In this document: positions 52,801 through 64,000 of the stretch, one piece after another
Layout: the number at the start of each line of letters is the position of its first letter
How positions within the stretch are numbered: position 1 is the stretch's first letter
Source: Chlorokybus atmophyticus
Taxonomy: Eukaryota > Plantae > Mesostigma and Chlorokybus algae
Direction of reading: 5' to 3'
NCBI GenBank assembly: GCA_009103225.1
Contig: RHPI01001168.1
Span: forward strand, 311,337 to 375,336
Length of the DNA stretch: 64,000 nucleotides
Position numbers and translations under genes: made by a program
The notes under the pieces: model-generated
Seen by the model: only the letters and a program-made list of their open reading frames with translations
Told to the model about the DNA's origin: nothing
The model's database searches: none

Positions 52801-54397
52801 GATGCAGCTCCTTAGCAAAGCTGATGGTCGCCGCGGAGCTAATTGTTTAAGATGAAGCTCTAATGATAAACAAGCTCTGCTTTGAGGCGGTTAACGGTAC
52901 ACTGCAAGACATTATGAGCACGGCGTATCCGGAAGCAGCGGATCTGCTCTTTTGATGCAAGGTTGTTGTGTTGGGCGGCGACTTCCGACAAATCTTACCC
53001 GTTGTGCCGCGCGGAACACGTTCGGAAATTGTGCACGCAAGTTTGAAGTACTCCACGATGTGGAGCCGGATCAAGGTAATGAAGCTGCACATCAACATGC
53101 GTGTGCAGGCGCTACAAGCTATAGGAGAATCCGGAGTAGAGCAGCTAGAGTTTAGCGACTTTCTGCAGCGCATCGGTGACGGTCGTGAGCATGTGTTTTC
53201 TGACATAGGGGAGGAGATGGTGCGCCTGGACGCCGATCTTTGCTGTGAAGCTGGCAGTCTCAAAGGTTTGATCGAAGACATGTACGGGGAATTGCGCAAT
53301 CAGCCGACACCGGAAGCTCTGGGTGAGTACGTCATTAATCGAGCAATCCTTACGCTTAAGATGTGACCATTGACGAGATCAACGCGCTAATGATGCGCAT
53401 TTCAGCGATGGTACGTGCCGGCGGGGATTCAGATAAAACTGCAGTTGCATATAAACATCATGCATATATTTTAAACATGCCACTTATCCGCCGCACTGCG
53501 CAGATGAGAAGAGGGTATACCGCAGTGCTAATTCTGTGCCACCAGAGGAGCAAGTAAACCACCCCATTGAATAGCTCAACAGCATCATGGTGTCTGGCTT
53601 ACCCCCACATGAAATGCGTCTCAAAATAGGCAGCCCAATCATATTGCTGCAAAATATGATTGATGGGCTGGCGAACAGCACGCGTCTCATTTGCAAAGGC
53701 CTCATGCTGCATGAGATCTATGCTGAAGTGGCTACGGGACCGGCTAAAGGCAGAAGAGTCTTCATCCTCCGACCAATGATCACGCCCTCAAATGTGGAGG
53801 GTATGCCGTTTACGCTGAGGCGTAGACAATTCCCAATACGCGCAGCTTTCGCCATAACCATCAACAAGTCTCAAGGCCAAACCTTGCGCAAGGTGGGAGT
53901 CTACCTGCCTGAGTCTAAATTCACACGCGGTCAGCTGTATGTGGCGTTGTCGCGCACTGGTGGTAGAGCGGGAGTGCGCGTACTGACGACCAGCAACGTG
54001 CAACAAAAGAGAGGCGAGCCCGCAATGGTGTACACAAAGAACATTGTGTATACACAAGTTTTTGTCTTGCGATGCTTGAAGTGGATTCGTGTATGGGTAA
54101 CGCTATAAATATGTATCTATCTCAATGCACATTTGTGATACATTATGTATTTATGCTGACATCAAATATAACTCTGTATTGTTTATATGACATGTGAAAC
54201 ATTCAACGCAACCAAATATATAAATTAGCAGCCTTAATAGTAATGATCCTCTTATCGCATATTGTATCCTTGCATATGATAATGATTTCACATATGATAA
54301 CCTAAGAATGCGCAACAATTGACTACAAATGCATACATTATACGTGGCAAAAAGTATGTCTTGTCGCCCGTGGTTGTGCCACGGGTCAGCGCACTAG
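46900..54397 (+). mobile_element. Canonical Helitron (decayed, intron-containing RepHel); 5' end not located
   Basis: Zn-like GERMTCPNCHA...SIRCQKGEI; FRANSRKYN; PQFAQLYILD; GRRIVLPST...YQDAMAIVRKLGVPDLF; HUH EWQKR|GLHAHILI; KYNAHINVE...YKYVYKGHDRA. PIF1 motifs GGAGKTFLY, GGDFRQILPV, RRQFPIRAAFAITINKSQGQT, QLYVALSR. Multiple GT-AG introns, stops and frameshifts. Confidence 0.92.
54367..54397 (+). other. Helitron 3' terminus: hairpin plus CTAG
   Basis: CCCGTGG-TTGTG-CCACGGG, 8 nt spacer, CTAG, then T at 54398. Confidence 0.92.
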
Positions 54398-56698
54398 TTT
54401 CTATTTATTGCCGCGCAGTTCACCACGCTGCCGGCCTTTCACAGGGCGCCCCGATCAATTGGCATCTGGATGTAAGCGCTGCCACCAACATGTAGGTGTA
54501 AGTAGACCGCCCTTCTACTGTAAATCAGAAGCAACATGGGAACTACTATACAATACGCATAACATTACTTGCAAACTTGTATCAACATGTGCTTTAAATG
54601 CTGCTTGGATATGCTACGTGTGACCTAGCGTAATGACACGAGATAATTCGTGCATGCCAACTACGACCAATCTCATTACGCCGTGTTGGCAATGCAAATC
54701 AACGTTCCACCAACTTGTTTCATATACGAAAATGGTTTGGGGTAGATATGTGTGAGCACTTAGTGCCTAGTTAAGCATATGGGTTGGTCGAGTTTTAGCC
54801 CTCCTCAAGTTAATGTGCTCATAAAAAGGATGTATGCATAATTACAACAATGCATGTAGGTAAATGCTAAGAAATGCATAATAACGGCATGTACATGTGT
54901 GCGGGTTGCTGTGAGGTGCAGCCCCCATTACCTTGACAGCGTGACAACATGTGCACATGCATAATACTGAGCGACCTTGTATGTTGTTATTGCGGTTCAA
55001 TTGGTTCAACAACAAGTTGCTGTTGCTGTGCACTGCAACCCAATTCACAATCGTGAATTTGTAGATGGGGTTGGACTAGTTGTGAAGCTGCTGGTTGCGT
55101 CCTCCTCAACTGCATCCTTAAGGGGATCTAATTGCACAAATAGCATCATCATTATTCACACATCATCCATATCTGAAACCCTTATGGGTTCGTTATACTT
55201 CAAGATAGCATCCACAAGTGCGCTAAAAACAGTGTGTTCGTTGTCAAATGTGTGAGTTAAATCAAAAAGAGGTACATGTGTTTTCGTTTCATTGCGTCAT
55301 CAGATGCATGGTGTGGGCTTGTGTTGTGTATACCGATCTCCAAGAGTCTGTTATGCAAGTGTATTGCGTGAACCCACAAAGTGACATAAATGGTGCTTCA
55401 TGGTCCGGCTTGTGCATGATTTTTTGCATTATGTGCAACATCTGCTGCAAACATGTCGTGTTAGTTGCATGTATGTTGTGCGCTGCAACAGATCTAAGTT
55501 TCATCACCTTCACTTTGTACTTGACCACGGTCGCCGCCATCATTAACTATTCAATTGATGTGAATAGCGCGCTGGGCGGGTTTATTTACGGATACGAAAT
55601 CGCACAAATTTAGTTCAAGTTGGAATTTACATATGCACAGGTATATTGCCACCAAGTAATGCTTGTATTTTTGTTGTTGTTGTGGTAATGGTGGCTGGAT
55701 AATATGCTAATGGTCAATGTCACAGGTTTCCTCGTCATCTTAAATTGCGGCTTTGCCATCAAGTAAGCTTATTAACACGTATTTTATCATCTTAATGCTT
55801 ATGTACCTGCATATGAGTGGCTAAAGGGTTCCTTACCGTACGTACTACTATTAACTGGTTATCGCTTTTGTATGCAAGTAATGAGAGCACATTGGAATTA
55901 CAATGTGCGCGTGCGTGCCTGCAAGTTAATGGAGATGTGATTTTCTTGTACTATTAGTGTCTTTTATTACAAGTGCATACAGTTTTCAACATGGTTTCGA
56001 AGCAAAATGCTTGTTTTCAAGCGTTATATACATTGTGCAAAAGCAGTTTTCGGATGCATCGTCAATACCGTTGTTGGACGCTTCAGCATAACTTGCTGAC
56101 TATGGCAGATGCAGCATTTACAACGCTTATTCAAGAATCAAGTACAAGTTCTTGTTTTGTATAAATGCGCGTTCATCGTCGTGCTTCCATATCATTCTTC
56201 TTGCTGCTTTGTTAATACAGATGCTTTCTAGTGCCAGTGCTGTGCATTTTCTTGCAAATTCCGTTATCCAGCTCACATAGCGATTCGCACATGTATGTGT
56301 ATGTGTATCATACCTGATGTGTGGTAGTTTAATATGGATTGATCACCATGCTGAATTGCTGCAAATGCAGTACGAGCTGCGCACTTGTTACAGCAGTGGA
56401 CACCTTTGTTGTACTACGTTCGGTAAGGAGTGTGACCTGAGGGTACATAATGTCCCATAGTGTCAATGGTAATTAAATATGAGTAGTGCAGCATGTGTTG
56501 TCATATTAAAGTGATTAAGTAATGTATAACAGGCTAATATTAGCTGTTATAGACCTTTGTATCTGCAACCGCCATCTACGCATGTCTTTGACGCGTCCTT
56601 GCAATGGGAGAGGACGGACTAACACCATCCACTGCAATTCCTTATTATCCTCACCAATAGTTAAAAGCAATCACACAAGCGAGTGTGGGCCCATAACC

Positions 56699-57097
56699 TG
56701 TTGAGAACCAGTGTGATACGCCTAGTGTGTGTATATGCGCCTTTCACATGCAAGTGTGCACACACTAAGGACAAGTGCAGCAAGCATGCCCACTTCAGAG
56801 ACAACATGTGCGACCCACTGTATGAAGCAATATACAGTGTCTTATATACTATGCTACTAAGCACTGGTCAACTCCAGTTAACTCTCGTTAAAGTCGACAC
56901 TAGTCAACATTGGTCAGCGGTCAAAGCCAACGATCAAAGTTAAAGTTGACCATGGTTGACCATAATGGCGGTTGACTATAACTGCCGTAACTCCGATAGT
57001 CTTGTAACTCTCGCAATCATTAACGTTAAGCTAATCGTAACAACTCCATGTAGGCGCCGCTTATACGTGTACCTCCAACAACCCATAACCTTTAACA
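56699..57097 (-). mobile_element. Solo LTR, family shared with 60623-60971 and 62802-63171 (inverted orientation)
   Basis: Reverse complement starts TGTTAAAG, ends TTCTCAACA and aligns along its length with 62802-63171. No TSD. Confidence 0.8.
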
Positions 57098-58767
57098 GTC
57101 TTCTTTAGTCTAACAATTAATTGCGCAAGCTGTCAACATATTAATATTATGGCACATACATTACGCGCCAACCTCATACCCTACATACTTAATTCTTCAG
57201 TGATATTATGCATTGTTATGTAGCTTGGTGAATAGTTAGCACATGTGGTTAGCTTGTAATTGCTACCAATGTTACTGGCAATGTTAAAAAGATGTAAGCA
57301 TTGTGATTATGCCAAGTTTTTTGGGATACATATCATGCTCTACACAACTCTTGGCAGTGAAGTTTGTGTGTCTACCATGCAATGTGATGGACACATTACG
57401 CGAATGAATATACACACATGCAATCGCCTTATTTCCTTTGAATACTCAATTATCGCCCTCATTGGTCTAACAGCGCCCCATCGGCAGATCCTGCATGCAA
57501 TTACCTTCGCCGCCTGTTGTGCTTGTGCATGTGGTGGCGGCGGCGGCAATAGATGAGATGGCTTGGACCAACATGGTTGCGCGGTCTCAATGTCCCCAGC
57601 AATTATGCTCAAATTAAGGTATAATATGGTAACATGTGCTATATGCCTAGCATGTGTTCATGCATTCATGCGGGTCCATGCGTCTATGTGCTGGCATGGT
57701 GTTGCTGACGCAATGGTCACCTTATTATATGTGTTGTGCTCGATGTGAGGTATGAAGGACGGATTCGGACCTTGTAGAGATGCAATATGAGTGAAACGTC
57801 GACTCTGTTGGGTGGCGTGTCAAGGAGTTCAAATTTCGATCAAAAAGAGAGGCACGGCCTTTCATAATCAAAAAAGACGTCATTTTGGAGCAGGGGCACC
57901 CTGAACCCTAGGTCCAGGGTGGGACATATCCGTGCAACTTGCGATGGAGTATAGTTCATTAAAGTAAGGTAACCCATCAAAAAGATGGAATATTTAACAT
58001 TAATCAGTCGATTTTGATGATGTTTAACATGTGTACGAGAACATTGCATGCACATACAGATGTTCTTATCTTGCAAAGGAAACACCTTAAAGCAGAGTTG
58101 AATTACTGTCAAAGTGCGCTGCACAAGCTAGTCAATGCAATAGTGGCGTGTCGGGAATGGGTGCACTTGGGGAGAAGAGCAATTCTGCGATGCTAAAGCG
58201 GAAACCGTGGCCTTGTATTTTCTCACATGTCATAGGCTTGATGTATTTCAATTTCATACAACCTAAAGGACACGTGTTGTAATATTGTGTTTGCCATATG
58301 CATGAATGAATGTGCCATGATATACAAGCGCACAAAAACATGTGCGTGCGTATATGGTTGCTAGCTTGCACATGAGAGACGTCGTTGATGACGACATCAC
58401 TCTCGCATTTACTTTAGAGTTAGTAATGTCCCACTGAAGCCACCGTTGCAACATCTCGCTCATGTCACATGTGATTGGCTTTTGCGTGTCTATCGACCAC
58501 ATTACATTGTTTGATTCAAAAGCGTGCAGACGGTAATCGTTAAAGATCCACTAGTACACAATTTTTTACAGGGAACCATAGGATTTCTCGGTGTCTTTAA
58601 GCGCTGGACGCTCCGGATATGGTTTGGTTGCTGCAACTATGAGTGTCGCTGCCAAAGGCAGTACGGTTGTGCCTGCAAATGAGTGTAAGCTTGTCTTACA
58701 GCGTTGGGTAGTTGTTGTGATGGCATTGCATTCTTGTGTACAAGTGGTTTAATGGAGGCTTTGCGCA

Positions 58768-58769
<2 letters not shown>

Positions 58770-58823
<54 letters not shown>
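58770..58823. repeat. (CA)n microsatellite
   Basis: Seen directly. Confidence 0.95.
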
Positions 58824-58827
<4 letters not shown>

Positions 58828-59094
58828 CTCTGTGACGTAAGGCAAAAGACTGTCGTGCATTGCAGCGCTACCTTGCTTTGATGCCCTCGTTTTGGCAGCG
58901 ATATGTGCTGGTTGTGTTGTTGATCTGTTCTGGTGGGTAGTCCAATAAGTGTGCTGATTTTCAACCTTTTTATACGATGTGGCATCCTTAATCTTCACGC
59001 ATAAACGCTCCAACATAAAGGTCTTTGCGATAAAGAGGGCGCATGTCAAACAATTTGGCATGGAGGGGGCGATGCACGAGATTGCTGGCATTAC

Positions 59095-59900
59095 GTAAGA
59101 TCAAGCTTATTGTTGGCAATGCACATGGTACCGCTGTACTAGCATCGATTGTGGGATCTTGCAAACAGGCTGCCAGTATAGAACTAGACGTGACACCGCA
59201 CAACATTGGTTGCAAAGCCAGATATATGTTCATCAGCGGGGATCAGAGTACTATCATGCACAAAATAGCACTAAATAAGCTTATGCTTGCTGTTGGCAAC
59301 GGACATGGCTCAATTGAAAGTACACACAGTGTTTTGACTTGCAGTGAGCATTCCGCTTCAGCACCAGATGAGACACCATCCAGCACCCGCTGCAGAAGCA
59401 AGCGGAACAATATATTGTGCAACGTTAACGAGGTTGAAGAGGCTGTGCCCGAGCAGGCTAGCAGCAAGTAAGCTCATGCTTATTGTCGGCAATGCATACG
59501 GTGCAGCTATTAATACACAATTGTCTTGACTTATAGCGAGCATTCTACTTCAGCACCAGCTGAGACACCCACCAGCACCCATTATGGAAGTCAGCGGGAG
59601 TGCATTACGGACGACTACAAACGCAATAGTGAAAAGTCTACTCATGTAAAAGATGGCATCAAGTGAGTTCAGGCTAGTGTTGGCGATGCATGTGGTATTG
59701 CTGATCTGACATGGCTGTCGTGATTTACGAGCAGTCCATGTCAGCACCAGCTGCGACATTATGGAGCAGTGGTCTTGGTTCTCGAGACGGTGCGAAGCAA
59801 AAGAACATAGTCTACACCGACAGCGAAGATGATGAATTCGATATGCATGAACATGTCAGCAGCAAGCAAGCTCATGCAGCTACTGGGGATGCACGCAGTT
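59095..59900 (+). repeat. Three to four degenerate ~190-bp modules, each resembling an exon plus intron
   Basis: Recurrent GAGCA(T/G)TC...TCAGCACCAG exon starts after AG, and recurrent AAGCT(T/C)ATG/AAGCTTATT...GGCAATGCA segments after the exon ends. Confidence 0.65.
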
Positions 59901-60159
59901 AGCTTTGTCAATCATGCTGCGTACGCTTGCACAATGCTTGCGGTCTCTTTGCAATAAATGGAGAGTCCTCCCAACAGCATGCCTGGAGGTCGGATAACTC
60001 TGGATAAAGTCAGCTCACAAAAAATTGCAAAGTTTAAAGAAAGCAGTTCAAGATCATGGATTGCGAGCACCCAAGCGTGTAAATTCTGAAGGTTAGCATG
60101 TGAGGTTTGCTAGTATAGTATGCTTATGGCACAGTAAGCTTGTCAATGTTACTTAAACC

Positions 60160-60310
60160 ATGTGGGGCGGTTATATTATGGGAGTTACAGTCTATAGGAG
60201 TTACGAAAATTATGGAGTTACGACAGGTATGGTCAACTTTGACATTCACCGTTGACTAGTGTTGACTAGTGTTGGCTTTTACCGTTGACTAGAGTTGACT
60301 TTGCCTATGG
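60160..60310 (+). repeat. Partial LTR-related segment (GGAGTTAC, GGTCAAC and TTGACTAG arrays)
   Basis: Shares motif arrays with the solo LTRs but diverges downstream. Confidence 0.6.
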
Positions 60311-60622
60311 ATAACTAGCTTTTTCCTAATGATGACTAGCTTAGTATATAAATAACTGCAGTTTGCCATATGGATCCTTTAAAACCACCAAAAACAAGGA
60401 TAGGCGTGGCGTGGTGGAACTTGGTGCGACAGCTATGAGAAGAAAATAAGGAGTATTGGAATCTTGTAGCTATGGTGGTAGCGCGAGGAGTTGGATGACC
60501 TCAAGGAGACAAGCGTCAAGCTGATGGGAGCAACATCCGTGGGAGCGTTGACGAGAGTGAGCTAATAAAGGTAAGTATACAAGAATAATGTGGAGTTTAA
60601 AATCAAGCTGCTCGCGTGGGAA

Positions 60623-60971
60623 TGTTGAAGGTTTTAGGTACATGTATTCGCGCCCACATAAAGCTGATGCAATCAGCATTACCTTAACCTTGAGGTATGG
60701 GAGTTATGGTCAACCGCTATTATGGTCAACCATGGTCAAGTCTAAGGTTGACCATTGACATTGACCGGTAACTTTGACTAGTGTTGACTAGTGTTGACTT
60801 TGACTAGAGTTGACTAGTGCTTAGTAGCATGTATAGGACACTGTATGCTGCTTAATGCAGTGGGTCGCACATTGTCTCCATAGTTGGTGTGCTTGCTGCA
60901 CTTATATTTTGTGTGTGCACACTTGTGTGTGAGAGGCACACACACTATAGGCGCATCACTAGTTCTCAACA
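60623..60971 (+). mobile_element. Solo LTR, same family
   Basis: TGTTGAAG...TTCTCAACA; 3' half aligns with 62802-63171. Flanks GGGAA/TCATG are not a TSD. Confidence 0.8.
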
Positions 60972-62801
60972 TCATGGCGTTTTCATACTAGATGCAGTAT
61001 ATGGCACAAAGTAAAAGTTGAAAGCACATAACATTGGACAAATCCATTACATATAAGCAAAATAGTCGTGTTAGGCATGATGTCATAAGTATGTTGCATG
61101 GCATGCGTGCATGCATGACTTGGTGTGCACTTGTGCTCTCGCGCATGGCATGCCGGCATTGGCTGGAGATGGTGTTGAGGCAGTGGTGACCATGCATCAA
61201 CTGCCAAAGTTATAATAAGACCCCAAAATGGTGGTAATGCTTGTACATGTATTTACATCGGTGATAACCTTATCCGCAATTGCATTGTGGTCTGCGGATG
61301 GGGAGCAATGCACTGCATTGTGCAGCAGTACGAGCGAAGTTTTAGCCACTTTAACAACACTTGCTAGTGGTGAGCGCAACCTCTCTGCACGATTATACAT
61401 CTATTCGACACCGTTTTACATTGCTAATGGGCAAAAACAAGGGAGTTTTAATTGAGTACATAATTAGGGTACTTTTGACTTATGAGGCAGTGGAAGCATA
61501 ATAGCAGCTAATAGCGTGCTGCCATGAAGGCCGTTGGCTTCTGTGGACTGACGCAAACGGCCGCGGGCAGAAAGTGTTTATTGTTGGCACTAAGCGGCCG
61601 AGAGTTGTCAACCAATTACCCTTTGTTCGATGTGCACAGACGGCCGTTAGCCGGTGGTTACCGACAGCTGACAGCAATAGCCGACAATTTCCTTGCCGTT
61701 ACACTGCTGTTGATTTATGACCCTTACTGTTTGACAAAAGTTGACGGTTCTTGCCGTAAGCCAACACTAACATGCCATGCAGCTTGTACACACCTTGAAC
61801 CTATTGTTTGGTCTTGCAACTATAAGCCCACAACATATACAATATACCGGCAGTGGTGAGAGTGTGTCCACTTGCAATTGAGCAGCCGACTTGCGCATGA
61901 AACTACCTATAACATTGGATCTAGCTGTCGCACTCATGCGCAGCTTGTCAACCCATGGTGGCTGCCTCAAAACTCCTCCTCCTCAGCCCCCTCCTCCTGT
62001 TCCTCCTCCGACAAGTCTTCTGCTTCAACTTCCGAGTCATCCTCATCTGCTGCCTTGCTCGCTAACAGCACAGGGGCTACTCGTCCTTTAGCTTGAATAT
62101 TGGTACCTCGGCGTGCACACGCATGCGCTTGATGGTCGCTTTGTAACCACCTGTATGTGGTAATGGTATAAGAGTGGCGTGCTGCCAGAGAACTAGCCCA
62201 TCAGCATATGCATGCTTACCTCGTCTTCCGCTTTATTGCACTCCGCCAGGCAGAGAGTCAGCTTGCCACGTTGCTCTGAGTTCTCTCAAAGCAACATGGC
62301 AATCTGCAAGCATATTGCTTAATTGACGCTAGAAATATTAAACTAGGTCATGGATTACCCGTTCGTGGTACCCCGCAGCTTCTCTTTTGCGACTTGTGAG
62401 CTCTCGCAAGTACAAATAGGCTATGCATTTGTGAGATTGGTCATGCTGTTTATGTGCATGACATTGGAGGCTGTGCATGAAGGTGTGCATGTGGTATTGA
62501 CAATGTATGTGCAAGGATTCTTAAGGCTGTGCATGTGCAAGATAAAAGAACCCTAGCATGTGGCATTGACAGAGCATTGTTACCCACCTTGGTTATGCCA
62601 GTCTTCTTTGGATCCTTCAATTATGTCGCCATGATCGCAGCTGCTGGTGGGTCAAATGTTCTTAGAGACAGTATTGTGGTGTGCCTTTTCCCACTCTGAG
62701 GGGGAGACCTGTAAGATATCGCCCAAGTCGCTGTTGTCATTGGCTGTGCCCTTAGTAGGCATGGTGGGATTTGACACCCCACCGGCACCTTGCCCGCCCT
62801 G

Positions 62802-63171
62802 TGTTAAATGTTATAGGTTGTGGAAAGTACATGTATAGGCGGCGCCTACATGTAGTTGGTACGATCAGCTTAACCATTATGGTTACGGGAGTTATGAGAG
62901 TTACGGGAATTACAGCAATTATGGTCAACCGTGAGCATACTTTGACTTTGACCGTTGACTTTGACCATAGACTAGTGTTGACTAGTGTAGACTTTAATAA
63001 GAGTTGACTAGAGTTGACTAGTGCTTAATAGCATAGTATATAAGACACTGTATACTGCTTAATACAATGGGTCGCACATTGTCTCTATAGTTGGCATGCT
63101 TGCTGCACTTGTCCTTAGTGTGTGCACACTTGCATGTACACACACACCAGTTGCATCACTAGTTCTCAACA
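62802..63171 (+). mobile_element. Solo LTR with perfect 5-bp target-site duplication
   Basis: CCCTG|TGTTAAAT...TTCTCAACA|CCCTG. Confidence 0.92.
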
Positions 63172-63626
63172 CCCTGTGCGAATATGGGCTTCACCTCGAC
63201 CACAACGCCCACTACGCCCCTGGCAGCGTCGCCAACGATCCATTAAACGCCACATACCCTCATCGTCACGGCCCTGCAATAGCTTGGCGGAGCCATCAAT
63301 GTTGCGTTCATGCGCAAGGACTGGCATTGCCAGCACTTGTCAATGGTATAAACCGCCATTGCCATTGTACCAAATAATGCAATTTCAATAGTATATGAGT
63401 TCATGAAGCGCATGAAACGCGCGCCCATGAACTCAGAAATTGTTAATGAGTTATGAGACTCCTGTGCCCCTAGTGCCCTAGGCACTTGAGGGCACAAGCA
63501 CTCACCAGATAGAGTTGTGAGTCACAAGCTCCTTATTTAGTCGCTTAAATCCCTAGCACGGCGGCGCCATCCTTGGCGTAAGTGGCGAGTGTGGTGAGAA
63601 GGTGTGGACGGAAGCGGCCCTCCACT

Positions 63627-64000
63627 ATGGTCACACGGTCACAAGCGAGTGCCCACGCGGATGGAAAGGAGGTGGCGGCCACGGCCGCGGCGGCGTTGCT
63701 AGCCGCCAATCGCTTGTTGCGGCCTGAGAGTCCGCATCGCGAGGTGGAGGAGGGAAGGAAGGAGAGAGAGGAGGGAGAGGTGCACCCCGCCAGTGGTGGG
63801 AGAGAAGAGGAGGTGAATGGTGGCGAGGATGAGGAGTCCAACGAGGAGTCGCATGAGGACTTTCACCCAAAGCGCCAAAAGCGGGCTCCAAGTCCAAGTT
63901 GCTCTACCACCCCGTCCATGATGTCCGTGGAGGACATGGCGAGGAGGTTGGAGGTCTTGGAGGCGGAGAACATTTGCTTAAAGCGTGGGAAGGCGCCCGC
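63627..64000 (+). CDS. 5' portion of an ORF running off the window end, probably a transposon ORF1/gag-like N-terminus
   Basis: MVTRSQASAH...EESNEESHEDFHPKRQKRAPSPS...VEDMARRLEVLEAENICLKRGKAP; no stop; acidic tract, NLS-like KRQKR and coiled-coil-like end. Product is a guess. Confidence 0.4.
   Translation, partial: MVTRSQASAHADGKEVAATAAAALLAANRLLRPESPHREVEEGRKEREEGEVHPASGGREEEVNGGEDEESNEESHEDFHPKRQKRAPSPSCSTTPSMMSVEDMARRLEVLEAENICLKRGKAP

Noticed and set aside
54400-56690. Exon-like fragments downstream of the Helitron
   Set aside because: Splice-like signals exist but all frames are riddled with stops and no family motif is recognisable.
60465-60495. TGGTGGTAGCGCGAG as a tRNA primer-binding site of a TRIM between LTR-like segments
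   Set aside because: Not preceded by an LTR-ending CA, weak tRNA complementarity, and no TSD around the putative unit.

Overview
Eukaryotic nuclear DNA from a green-lineage organism, probably an alga (intron-rich genes, plastid-targeted isoamylase, Ycf21/DUF98 gene); the taxon is inferred, not proven. Four zones. (1) ~2.75-14.9 kb: a Ty3/Gypsy LTR retrotransposon whose Pol carries a complete DNMT3-like C5-cytosine methyltransferase in frame between protease and reverse transcriptase, and a PHD finger at the integrase C-terminus. Its gag 5' end contains a clean, frame-preserving 393-bp inversion bounded by 6-bp inverted repeats. Several N-flanked duplications are probably assembly artefacts, but they reveal a second, ~96% identical methyltransferase copy. 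(2) ~17.6-40.5 kb: a compact host gene island with BOP1/ERB1, a COX14-like microprotein, a carboxylesterase plus its pseudogene separated by ~770 bp of (GA)n, isoamylase 3, an MRH-domain membrane protein, a Ycf21/DUF98 chorismate-lyase-like gene and a DUF3598-like gene. (3) ~41.5-54.4 kb: two different decayed rolling-circle Rep-helicase elements head to tail, one Helitron2/Helentron-like and one canonical Helitron with an intact 3' hairpin-CTAG end. (4) 54.4-64 kb: degenerate sequence with three related solo LTRs rich in TTGAC motifs, repeated exon-intron modules, and an ORF running off the window end. No rRNA, tRNA or CRISPR array was found.
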